59,087 nucleotides of DNA, taken from positions 1 to 59,087 of the forward strand of contig CAVPLM010000013.1 in the NCBI GenBank assembly GCA_963706025.1, given 5' to 3'. Below are positions 10,983 to 19,384 of the stretch, piece after piece. Under the pieces are notes generated by a model. It saw only the letters and a list, made by a program, of their open reading frames with translations. It made no database searches and was not told the origin of the DNA. The position numbers were made by a program, and so were the translations under genes. This DNA comes from an uncultured Actinomycetes bacterium. GTDB lineage: Bacteria; Actinomycetota; Thermoleophilia; RBG-16-64-13. Each line of letters begins with the position of its first letter. Positions within the stretch are counted from its first letter, which is position 1.

Positions 10983-11003
10983 ACCCGTTTGTACGGTTAT
11001 AAT
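10983..11003. promoter_or_regulatory. Second ArsR-type operator in the divergent acr3 / thioredoxin-like intergenic region
   Basis: ACCCGT-TTGT-ACGGTT followed by TATAAT on plus strand; reverse-complement match to 3825..3843. Confidence 0.7.
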
Positions 11004-11049
11004 GATAGCACATACTGGTCGTCGCGAAGGGTTGCAGCGACGGTCCGCT

Positions 11050-11360
11050 GTGGCTGAGAAACGAATGATCGTCCGGCGGCCTTGGCTCCGGAGCGGCCGC
11101 CAGTCCGCCCACGAAGAAATGCCGCGCCACCCTCAAGCTCATGGAGGAGATGACTCGCCGCTTCCCCGATGAGGCGCGTCTGGACGTCCACGACCTGGGA
11201 CGAAACTGGCCTGGCTACACCCACCATGTCATGTGTATCCAAACACAGGACGTGGCGGGTTCCGTCCGCGTACGTCAACGGACGCCCTGTCTCAAAGGCC
11301 GGGGTGCCTGATGCCAAGGCACTCGAAGCCAGAATGAGGATTTCCTGCCCTGAGGGCGAG
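11050..11360 (+). CDS. Thioredoxin-fold protein (TKKC), frameshifted and probably cut by the att scar
   Basis: Manual translation ..ASPPTKKCRATLKLMEEMTRRFPDEARLDVH.../RVPSAYVNGRPVSKAGVPDAKALEAR parallels the proteins at 2851..3384. Confidence 0.55.
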
Positions 11361-11362
11361 CA

Positions 11363-11407
11363 AGCCGACGCGGGGAATCGAACCTCGGACCTGCTCATTG
11401 CGGTGAG
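11363..11407 (-). mobile_element. tRNA-Thr-like 3' half (att scar)
   Basis: Minus strand CTCACCGCAATGAGCAGGTCCGAGGTTCGATTCCCCGCGTCGGCT: anticodon-arm remnant, T arm and acceptor 3' strand, no 5' half. Confidence 0.65.
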
Positions 11408-11464
11408 AAGGCCACTGTGGCCTTTTTGGCTTTGTGAAGCCAATAGCTCGCATCTAAACGCTGC

Positions 11465-11983
11465 CGTGTCACGTCCGTGTCACGCCGCGAAACGGAAACT
11501 ATTCCTTCGTAGCCTTCCTAGTGAGCGGTCCCCGCGCGCTTCACCACGCCCACGAAATGACACCAAGACACAGCTGGAGTTCGGAACCCGGGCCAAAAAA
11601 ATCGATCAGCGAAAACCTCAAGCGGGTCCACAGACCCTCGCGTTGCCATCCTCGGGGGAAGAGTCCAGATTTCGGAGTAGGGTCTTTCCGGCGGCCGGCC
11701 ATATGCCGGAGGCGGACTCGAACCCGCATGGGCATAGCCCTACGGTGTTTAGGCCGAAAGGTCCGCCCTTTCTCGGTTGTTTCTATGCTCAAGAACCGCT
11801 GATCGTGTCGGACCGTTGGGCACCTCGGCCTCCGCCTCTCCCCTGTTCCACGGTATGGTGTGAACACCGAGCGACGTGACACTGGAAGTAACCTAGCAGC
11901 GCTCACCGGAGCCCCACTCGGGAGCGACGTTTCTCGGCCTCTAAAAGCCAAACCTCTTGCGTTGGTGAGATTTCGTGTCACGT
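11465..11983. repeat. Four GTGTCACG repeats (candidate integrase arm-type sites)
   Basis: CGTGTCACG at 11465, 11476 and 11974; inverted copy ACGTGACAC at 11874..11882. Confidence 0.5.
11704..11750 (-). mobile_element. tRNA-Leu-like 3' half (att scar)
   Basis: Minus strand AAACACCGTAGGGCTATGCCCATGCGGGTTCGAGTCCGCCTCCGGCA: long variable arm, T loop and acceptor strand, no 5' half. Confidence 0.7.
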
Positions 11984-12089
11984 TGTGATTGCAGGACCAG
12001 CGGCTCGAACCTCCTGGCCGAGAAGCACATGACGCATCACCTTCGGGACGAACTTCCTGCGCACCGCCAAGTTCATCGTTTCGTCAGGA

Positions 12090-12140
12090 CGGGCTCCGGT
12101 CTCGGTTCCATCGAGGGAGTTGGCCCGAGACCGGAGCCCG
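12090..12140. terminator. 16-bp perfect hairpin downstream of mmsA
   Basis: CGGGCTCCGGTCTCGG ... CCGAGACCGGAGCCCG; no clear U-tract. Confidence 0.5.
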
Positions 12141-12174
12141 CCGTCCGACTCGCGCCGGGCACTGATGCTCGAAC

Positions 12175-13692
12175 CTACCGGTTGACGGTGCCCTCCCAGG
12201 TGGACACTTTCTTCTGCTTCTTGTCGGCTTCGGTGAACCAGCGCGAGGTGACGCACTTGGTCTCGGTGAAGAAGCGGATGCCGTCCAGGCCGAACACGTG
12301 GCTCTCGCCGAAGAACGAGTCTTTGTGGCCGGCGAAGGGGAAGAAGCTGACCGGGACCGGGATGCCCACGTTGATGCCCACCATGCCGGCATGGGTGCGG
12401 CGGGCGAACTCGCGGGCATAGTAGCCGCTCTCGGTGAAGATGCACGAGCCGTTGGCGAAGCGGCTGGCGTTCATGATGGTGATGCCCTCTTCGAAGTCCT
12501 CGACCCGCTTGATGGCGAGCACCGGGCCGAAGATCTCGTCGCGGCCGATGGTCATGTCCTCGGTCACGTTGTCGAAGATCGTCGGGCCGACGAAGAAGCC
12601 CTTCTCATAGCCGGGCACGACCAGGTTGCGGCCGTCGAGCACCAGGTCGGCGCCTTCTTCGACGCCCTTGTCGATCCAGCCCTTGATGAAGGCCTGGTGC
12701 TCGGCGCTGACCACCGGGCCGAGTTCGGTCTTGGGATCGTAGGAGCAGCCGACGATGCGCTGCTGGGCGAACTTCTTCATGTAGCCGATGAACTCGTCGG
12801 CCACGCTGTCCTCGACCACGCAGACCGGCAGGGCCATGCAGCGCATGCCCGCGCAGCCGAAGGTGGAGTTGATGATGCCGGCGGCGGCGCGCTCGAGCGA
12901 AGCGTCCGCCAGCACCAGGCCGTGGTTCTTGGCCTCGGTCTGGGCCTGGACGCGCTTGCCGTGGGCGGCGGCCACGGAGTAGACGTGCTGGCCCACGTCG
13001 GTGGAGCCGACGAAGCTGACGCCGCGGATGAGCGGGTGGGTCAGCAGCAGTTCGGCCTCTTTGCGGCTGCAGGTGACCACGTTCACGACGCCCTTGGGCA
13101 GGCCGGCCTCCTGCAGGAGCTCGAGCAGGCGGATGGACGAGGTCGGCACCATGCTGGCGGCCTTGAGCACGAAGGTGTTCCCGGTGACGATGCACAGCGG
13201 GATCATCCAGCCCCAGGGGATCATGGCCGGGAAGTTGAAGGGGGCGATACCGGCGAACACGCCGAGAGGCTCGCGGTAGCTCACCGTGTCGTGCCCGGTG
13301 GAGACGTTCATGAGCGACTCGCCCTTGGCGATCATGGGAGCGGCGACGCCCACTTCGCAGCCCTCGATGATCTTGACGATCTCGCCGCGGGCCTCGTCGA
13401 GGTTCTTGCCGACCTCGCGCGAGCAGATGTAGGCGAGCTCCTCCATGTTGTCCTCGAGCAGCTGCTTCCACTTGAAGAGCACCTGGGTGCGCTTCTGGAT
13501 GGGCAGCGCGGACCAGGTCTGGTAAGCCTCGTGAGCGGAGAGGATGGCGGCCTCCACCTCGGCCGCGGTGCAGCACGGCGCCTGGGCGAACACCTCGCCG
13601 GTGCTCGAGTCGGTCACGTCCATGTACTTGTCGGTGGTGGACTCGCACCACTCGTTGTTGACGCAATACTTCAGGGTCTGTTTGTCCGCCAC
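12175..13692 (-). CDS. mmsA: CoA-acylating (methyl)malonate-semialdehyde dehydrogenase
   Basis: PFNFPAMIP, FVGST, AKNH, FGCAGMRCMAL, EIFGP, GINVGIPVP, FPFAGHKDSFFG. Confidence 0.93.
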   Translation of the reverse strand: MADKQTLKYCVNNEWCESTTDKYMDVTDSSTGEVFAQAPCCTAAEVEAAILSAHEAYQTWSALPIQKRTQVLFKWKQLLEDNMEELAYICSREVGKNLDEARGEIVKIIEGCEVGVAAPMIAKGESLMNVSTGHDTVSYREPLGVFAGIAPFNFPAMIPWGWMIPLCIVTGNTFVLKAASMVPTSSIRLLELLQEAGLPKGVVNVVTCSRKEAELLLTHPLIRGVSFVGSTDVGQHVYSVAAAHGKRVQAQTEAKNHGLVLADASLERAAAGIINSTFGCAGMRCMALPVCVVEDSVADEFIGYMKKFAQQRIVGCSYDPKTELGPVVSAEHQAFIKGWIDKGVEEGADLVLDGRNLVVPGYEKGFFVGPTIFDNVTEDMTIGRDEIFGPVLAIKRVEDFEEGITIMNASRFANGSCIFTESGYYAREFARRTHAGMVGINVGIPVPVSFFPFAGHKDSFFGESHVFGLDGIRFFTETKCVTSRWFTEADKKQKKVSTWEGTVNR

Positions 13693-13733
13693 TTCTATCG
13701 CCCTGGCCTTTCTTCGTGTCTCGTCTTTCTTGT

Positions 13734-13970
13734 TGTTCTCTGTGAAATCCAATCGCGGTGCAAGGGGAAGCAACCAACGGGCATCAGACGGCAGCGCCGA
13801 TCACGCTCAAGAGACTCCCATGTATCTTGCCCAATCGCGCTTCATCTCGACCGCGGGTAAGGGATATCGATCGGCACGTCTGCGACGACGCGTGAGGGCG
13901 ATCCTCCGAGCAGGATCACCCGTTCTGCCAGAGCCAATGCCTCATCGATACTATGAGTCACCAGCACCAT
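13734..13970 (-). repeat. Diverged duplicate of 14015..14253 (3' end of ABC ATPase gene plus downstream spacer)
   Basis: Alignable throughout, e.g. AATCGCGGTG..GGGGAAGCAACCAA and GATACTATGAGT..AGCACCAT. Confidence 0.9.
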
Positions 13971-14064
13971 GGTGGATTATAGGGAGCGGCGGCGACGCCC
14001 TCAACACTCTCTGGTGTTCTCTGTAAAACCCAATCGCGGTGCGAGGGGAAGCAACCAAAGGCCA

Positions 14065-14799
14065 TCAGACTGCAGCGCGGATCATGCTCGAGAGAGTCCC
14101 GCGTATCTTGCCCAGTCGCGCTTCATCTCCCGACCGAGGGTAAGGAAGATCGATGGGCACGTCTGCGACAACGCGTGAGGGCAATCCTCGAAGGAGAAGC
14201 ACCCGCTCGGCCACAGCCAACGCCTCGTCGATACTATGAGTTACTAGCACCATAGTTGTGCTCGTATCCATCCACAGCCGCGACAGCTCAGACTGCATCG
14301 CCTCTCGCAACTGGGTGTCGAGCGCACCGAAAGGCTCGTCCAGTAAGAGTACTCGCGGCCGAGGCGCAAGCGCGCGTGCGAGCGCGGCTCGTTGCGCCAT
14401 TCCACCGGATAGTTGATGTGGATAGAGACCGGCACAGTCGGTGAGCCGAACGAGCTCGAGCAGTTCGTTCACTCGTTCCATTCGCTCGCTTCGCCCCAGC
14501 CTCAGGAGACGCAGCCCGAATTCTACGTTTCTTTGCACAGTGGACCAGGGATACAGGGAGCTTTCTTGGAAGACGAGACCAACTTGGCCAGGCCTGCCCG
14601 TGATATCTTGCGAGTCAAGGGTGACACTTCCGTGGGTCGGCCATTCGAGGCCCGCGAGTATTCTGAGCAAGCAGCTCTTGCCACAGCCGCTCGGTCCCGT
14701 GATGACGGTGAAGCTGCCGGGCTCAACCGTGAAGGTAATGCCATCGAGTACCTGCATTCCTTCGTAGTCATGCGACACGTTGATTACTTCGAGTGCCAC
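14065..14799 (-). CDS. ABC transporter ATPase, NitT/TauT family
   Basis: GPSGCGKS, LSGGM, LLLDEPF, VTHS. Confidence 0.93.
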   Translation of the reverse strand: MALEVINVSHDYEGMQVLDGITFTVEPGSFTVITGPSGCGKSCLLRILAGLEWPTHGSVTLDSQDITGRPGQVGLVFQESSLYPWSTVQRNVEFGLRLLRLGRSERMERVNELLELVRLTDCAGLYPHQLSGGMAQRAALARALAPRPRVLLLDEPFGALDTQLREAMQSELSRLWMDTSTTMVLVTHSIDEALAVAERVLLLRGLPSRVVADVPIDLPYPRSGDEARLGKIRGTLSSMIRAAV

Positions 14800-15584
14800 G
14801 GCGTCAATCGTCGCTCTGCCAGCAGCAGGAGGGAATACATGGCGAGCCCGGCCAGCCCGATTACGACGACGCCGGCGATTATTTGGTCGGCTCGTCCCCC
14901 GATGGAGTACGCATTCCAGATGAAGAATCCAATACCTGCCCTGCCCCCGACGAACTCAGCGGCTATTATCGACATCCAGCCCACTCCAACGCCCACCCGG
15001 ATGCCCCCCATGATAGACGGCAGCGCTGCAGGCAGCGCCACATGAAGCAGCAGATAGCGTGAACTAGCTCCCAGCGTCCGTCCGACCATCGCGTAGGTAG
15101 GCGGTATGTAAGCCACTCCTTGAAGGGTAGCCCCCAATACCGGAAAGAAGACCGCGAGAGAGACGACGAGGAGTTGTACCCAGGCTGTGGCTTGAGACGT
15201 TCCAGAGAATATTAGGTAGGCCAAGGGGAGCCAGGCGAGAGGGGGAATGGGCTGCAGCAAACCCACTAGGGGCTGCAGCATGATGCGTGCACGCACGCTG
15301 CTACCTGCTGCCACGCCTACGAGGACTCCGAGCACCGCGCCGACCGCCGCTCCCCGAATGACTACCCACAGGCTCAACAGCAGCATCTCGAGAAGATTCT
15401 TGCCCAACACGGGGTCCCCAATAAATATGAGAGAAACGAAAGTCCGCACGACGGCAAGCGGGCTAGGGAAGCCTATCAGCCCCAGCCCGCTGGCCAGTTG
15501 CCAGAGAACTGCAATCGCGAGCAACCCCGAGGCCCGCATTGCGAAACGAGCGAATCGTCCTCGAACGTTAGGGCTCATCTGCAA
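14784..15584 (-). CDS. ABC transporter permease, NitT/TauT family
   Basis: PIPPLAWLP, LGAS...ALPAALPSI, IIAAE. Confidence 0.92.
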   Translation of the reverse strand: MQMSPNVRGRFARFAMRASGLLAIAVLWQLASGLGLIGFPSPLAVVRTFVSLIFIGDPVLGKNLLEMLLLSLWVVIRGAAVGAVLGVLVGVAAGSSVRARIMLQPLVGLLQPIPPLAWLPLAYLIFSGTSQATAWVQLLVVSLAVFFPVLGATLQGVAYIPPTYAMVGRTLGASSRYLLLHVALPAALPSIMGGIRVGVGVGWMSIIAAEFVGGRAGIGFFIWNAYSIGGRADQIIAGVVVIGLAGLAMYSLLLLAERRLTPWHSK

Positions 15585-15626
15585 AGAGGGCCTGCCCGGA
15601 GCGGGAACACTGGGTAGGCACGGGAC

Positions 15627-16727
15627 TCACTGCACCCTGCTCGGGATGTGATACTGATCAAGCAGCTCGCGCAGGAGCACGTATTGGACTGTACCGACCT
15701 GAGGGACGGCCACCCGCTTGCCGGCGAGGTCGGCGGGGCTGCTAATACCCGCGCCACACTTCGCAACTACTGCCGAACCCTCCACGTTCACTCCGGCCAC
15801 AACCGAAATAGGAACACTGTCGTTGATCGCTTTCAAGAGCGCGGGTGCGGCCCCGAGGTAAGCAGCATCAATCTCGTTGTTTTGGAAGGCCTGCATAATC
15901 ACGACCCCATTTGTGTACGGCCGCAACTCCAGGTTCTCCCCGGCGATCAAACCGGTTTTCGCAAGAAAGCCTTCCTTCTGCGCGACGTAGAGCGGCAGGT
16001 GATGCAGATCTTTGGAAATATAGCCCACGCGAACACGAGTGCCGATGGGAGGAGCCGGCGGCGTCCAGGATGGATCGGCTGAAAGCTGGGTCTCGACCAG
16101 ACTAAGCGCGCCGGGCGCCAGGAATTGGTTCCAGAAATCCGCTGTGGCCGCCGCCTTCCCGTCGGCGCCTGGCATGCCTATCAGCTCCAACGAGGCTAGA
16201 CGATCTTCGAAAGACTGAAGACCAGAGGCCGGAAGTGAGGCGGAGTATCGGACGTGCAACAGAGCTTCGTCTACTACTTCGGGAGACGCCCCGGTGAATT
16301 CGGAAGCAAGTTCTCGCACACGGGTTTGGGCGGCTGGGTCGTTGAGCACCTGGGTACTGAGGACATGCGCTACGAGCAACGATGGAACCCACCCAGATTG
16401 CCCGGCCTCCGTTCGAATCGCAAGCACACAGCAGGGATGATCTTTCCAGATCTCCGACGACTGCACGAGATAATCCCCAGTACCCTCAGTCACCGCGCTG
16501 GCACCGAAGGGCTCCCAGGAGACGAAAGCGTCTATTTCGCTAGCGCGAAGAGCATCAAGCATCGCGGCGGGTGCCAACTGAACAATGGCAGCCGTGTCCG
16601 CGCTCTGGCGGCAGCCGCTCAGGAAAACGGCACCGACCAGAAGCACGGGAAGGACCAACAAGACCACCAGTCGCCAACCAGCGCGCTTGAGCCACCCACC
16701 CGAACCGATGTTTCCTCTTGTTGTCAT
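15627..16727 (-). CDS. SsuA/NrtA-type substrate-binding lipoprotein, circularly permuted
   Basis: Lipobox LSGC; IDAFVSWEPF and DHPCCV come before VRVGY..HHLPLYVA and DLAGKRVAVP. Confidence 0.85.
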   Translation of the reverse strand: MTTRGNIGSGGWLKRAGWRLVVLLVLPVLLVGAVFLSGCRQSADTAAIVQLAPAAMLDALRASEIDAFVSWEPFGASAVTEGTGDYLVQSSEIWKDHPCCVLAIRTEAGQSGWVPSLLVAHVLSTQVLNDPAAQTRVRELASEFTGASPEVVDEALLHVRYSASLPASGLQSFEDRLASLELIGMPGADGKAAATADFWNQFLAPGALSLVETQLSADPSWTPPAPPIGTRVRVGYISKDLHHLPLYVAQKEGFLAKTGLIAGENLELRPYTNGVVIMQAFQNNEIDAAYLGAAPALLKAINDSVPISVVAGVNVEGSAVVAKCGAGISSPADLAGKRVAVPQVGTVQYVLLRELLDQYHIPSRVQ

Positions 16728-17722
16728 GGCCTCACTCCGGTTATCGGCATTGTAGCTAGGTCCCAGATCACGACCGTTGAGTCGGAGTAACGGACACGGA
16801 GACGGGGTTCCTCAGTTACGCCTCCTATATCGGCCGCAGCCAATCCTGCTGCCTGGAAAGCGGAACAGACATCGTGGACGGCAGACGTCGACACGGCTAG
16901 CACCAGGCCAAATCCCGGGTAGGCAGCCACCCAGGAGCGTAAGTCCACAGACCCAGGACTCGGGAGAACCCCAAGATCGATGTCAGCGCCACATTCAGAT
17001 GTTTCGAGGAGCATCAGCAGAGATCCCAAGACTCCGGGATTGCTTACGTCTTTTCCTGCCCGCACGAGTCCCCGTTCGGCAAGGGTCGGTAGAGCGGCAA
17101 GGTGGCGGGCGATTTCCCGCGGGGAACGGCGGGTCGTCGAATCCCAATGAGGGAACGGCGTCCTCCAATCACCTTCAAGGTCAACCACTGAGCAAATCCG
17201 GTCTCCGGGACGTGCACCAAAACTTGTTACGAGACAAGATGCGGCGCCCAACACACATACGTCAACCGACTGCTGCTCGCTATCCGGGTCGACATGACCG
17301 CCCACCATAGGCACACCGAAGTGACTACTGGCGAACGCCATTCCTGCCAACATCTCACCTCGCAGATCAGCATCCTTTCCTCTAAGCACGTTGACAAGTG
17401 CGAGCGGGCGGCCGCCGGTGGCACAGATGTCGTTCACGTTGGCCAGAACCGCGCAGTAGCCGGCCCACCAGGGATCTGCGAGGAGGTCGCTGCTGATCCC
17501 CTCGGCCGCTAAGAGCAGGTACTCTTCGCCATATGGAATCGGCGCCGCGTCCTCGCCAAGAGTGTGGGGCCAACCTGCTGGACGAGCAACGGTCTTCAGC
17601 GCGCTCGCTGCCTGACCTACCGCCTTCTTGCGAGCGAGGCCGCGCGAGCTCTGGAGGAACCTAGAAATATCTTGGAGCAGATCTGGCCCGGCAAGATGTT
17701 GCTGAATTCCCTGAGACGTCAT
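16724..17722 (-). CDS. AIR-synthase/PurM-family protein (sll0787/NitF-like)
   Basis: LGEDAA, LLAAEG, NVNDICATGGRP, VGGH, GKDVSNPG, YPGFG. Confidence 0.85.
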   Translation of the reverse strand: MTSQGIQQHLAGPDLLQDISRFLQSSRGLARKKAVGQAASALKTVARPAGWPHTLGEDAAPIPYGEEYLLLAAEGISSDLLADPWWAGYCAVLANVNDICATGGRPLALVNVLRGKDADLRGEMLAGMAFASSHFGVPMVGGHVDPDSEQQSVDVCVLGAASCLVTSFGARPGDRICSVVDLEGDWRTPFPHWDSTTRRSPREIARHLAALPTLAERGLVRAGKDVSNPGVLGSLLMLLETSECGADIDLGVLPSPGSVDLRSWVAAYPGFGLVLAVSTSAVHDVCSAFQAAGLAAADIGGVTEEPRLRVRYSDSTVVIWDLATMPITGVRP

Positions 17723-17742
17723 TTCCTATCATCCCACCTACA

Positions 17743-18213
17743 TCAGGCCGCTTCGGGCCCGCCCTGGCCGAACCCATTTGAAGGGTCAAGCTGCGCTTCC
17801 ATCTCTATATGCCGAACGCCGCGGAAGTAGTCCGAATGTCCGGTTGTCCTCCATCCGAGCCGGCGGAAGAAAGCTTCGTTACGTTCCTGCACTTGGGCGC
17901 GGAAGACCAGGGCGCCAACTCGCTTGGCTTCCTCGACGGCACACCGAACGAGTCCAGCACCAATTCCCCGGCGGTGACTCGAAAGCACCGCGAGGCGCCC
18001 CCCGACCCACACTCCCGGCTCGCTTTCATAGAGACGTACGGTGCCCACAACCCGGTTTTCGTCGACGGCGACGAGGTGGACTGCGACCGGGTCCCAATCG
18101 TCCTCGTCGCTGTAGTCAAATAGTTTCTGCTCCTCGCAGAAGACGCTTTGCCTTACTCGAAAGGCTTCCACTAGTTCGTGGTCTTGAGCGCGTCTGATGA
18201 CTGTCTCACCCAC
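17743..18213 (-). CDS. GNAT N-acetyltransferase (MSMEG_0567/Sll0786-like)
   Basis: VFCEEQ.LF..SD.D.WD, VVGTVR, W.GGRLAV, AQVQERNEAFFRRLGW. Confidence 0.85.
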   Translation of the reverse strand: MGETVIRRAQDHELVEAFRVRQSVFCEEQKLFDYSDEDDWDPVAVHLVAVDENRVVGTVRLYESEPGVWVGGRLAVLSSHRRGIGAGLVRCAVEEAKRVGALVFRAQVQERNEAFFRRLGWRTTGHSDYFRGVRHIEMEAQLDPSNGFGQGGPEAA

Positions 18214-19378
18214 CGCAAAGGCCTTCCTCGTAATCGGACAGCGCCGAGCACGCGCGACAGCGGCCGCACCCAGCCATGATCATCCGCCACGACCCGCCGG
18301 CTGACTGCAGGATGCCGGCTGTAGCTCGGTATAACCGATCCATCAACTGTGGAGACGGAGGAGTTGCACGCGCCAATGGGGAGCCAGGGATAGGACGCAG
18401 CGGCACCAGATGTGGGTAGACTCCGAGATCACAGAGCTGTTCGACTCCGTGAAGCAATCGATCGGTTCGTTCTCCCAGCCCGGCGATCAGATAGCTGACA
18501 ACCTGCCAGCGACCAAAAACCTCGACCGCTTGTTTCCAGCATTCGACGTAGGCGTTCCAGCCCAATCTCGCCTTCATCGGCGCAACGAGGGCAAGCGTGT
18601 CGGGGTCACACGTCTCGATGTGAATACCAACAGTGTCAACGCCGGCCTCGTAGAGCTTGACCAGCGAATCGGCGTGACCAGGCATACATTGAACTTGCAC
18701 GGGGAGATCCACGGCAGCCTTGATCGCGCCCGTGCAAGCGGCCAGGTGGTCAATCTCGTCTTCGCCGGTGACCGAAGAGCCCGTGGTCAGCGTTACGTGA
18801 CGGATTCCCCCCAATGCGGCGACTGCCGCAACCTCTGCAAGAGCCGATGGTGATTTTCTCCGAACTGTTGTCCCATCCCGGAGACTTGTTCCAATGGCGC
18901 AGAAGCGGCATGCGGACTGTGTTCCCCAGTAGACGCAATCTTGGATGACTGTGGAAGCTAGGCAATCATTCCCGTGTAGCCGAGCGATCTTCACGAAGGG
19001 CACGCCCTCCGAAGTTAGGGCTGCGTAGTAGCTCGGCGCGTTGACCACACCGGCTATTTCGCACACATCCTCCGGCGTTCGGTCGTCCGAAAGCAAGAAC
19101 CGATCACCATCATGGTTGAGGATGAAGGGCGAACGTTGTGAAAGGGGGTGTACGGTCGAAACGGCCACCGGGCCGCTATCAAGCAAGAGGGTTATCCCCT
19201 CGGCCGGCCCCGCTCCCCCGCGGCGGCGGGGTATCGCGGCTACAGCCTGGCTGTCTCCAAGCTTCACCCCTAGTGTCTGAAGCTCGACCTTCAGAAAGGT
19301 GCCGGCTGGTGCCCGACTCGGCTTTCGTTCAATGGCCCTGGTCTTCACGCCGCAATTCCTCGGTTTGTCGGCAATCAC
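18206..19378 (-). CDS. Radical SAM protein (MSMEG_0568/NitD-like)
   Basis: LHGNDCLASTV, Cx8Cx2C (CVYWGTQSACRFC), TLTTG, GIHIE, C-terminal AGCGRCRACS. Confidence 0.88.
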   Translation of the reverse strand: MIADKPRNCGVKTRAIERKPSRAPAGTFLKVELQTLGVKLGDSQAVAAIPRRRGGAGPAEGITLLLDSGPVAVSTVHPLSQRSPFILNHDGDRFLLSDDRTPEDVCEIAGVVNAPSYYAALTSEGVPFVKIARLHGNDCLASTVIQDCVYWGTQSACRFCAIGTSLRDGTTVRRKSPSALAEVAAVAALGGIRHVTLTTGSSVTGEDEIDHLAACTGAIKAAVDLPVQVQCMPGHADSLVKLYEAGVDTVGIHIETCDPDTLALVAPMKARLGWNAYVECWKQAVEVFGRWQVVSYLIAGLGERTDRLLHGVEQLCDLGVYPHLVPLRPIPGSPLARATPPSPQLMDRLYRATAGILQSAGGSWRMIMAGCGRCRACSALSDYEEGLCGG

Positions 19379-19384
19379 GCGTAA

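Noticed and set aside
11990-12070. NLLAEKHMTHHLRDEL resembling a trimethylamine-methyltransferase C-terminal relic
   Set aside because: Too short to support without a search
12298-13860. Long antisense ORFs here and opposite aor and purL
   Set aside because: Shadow ORFs expected from high-GC codon bias; no recognisable motifs
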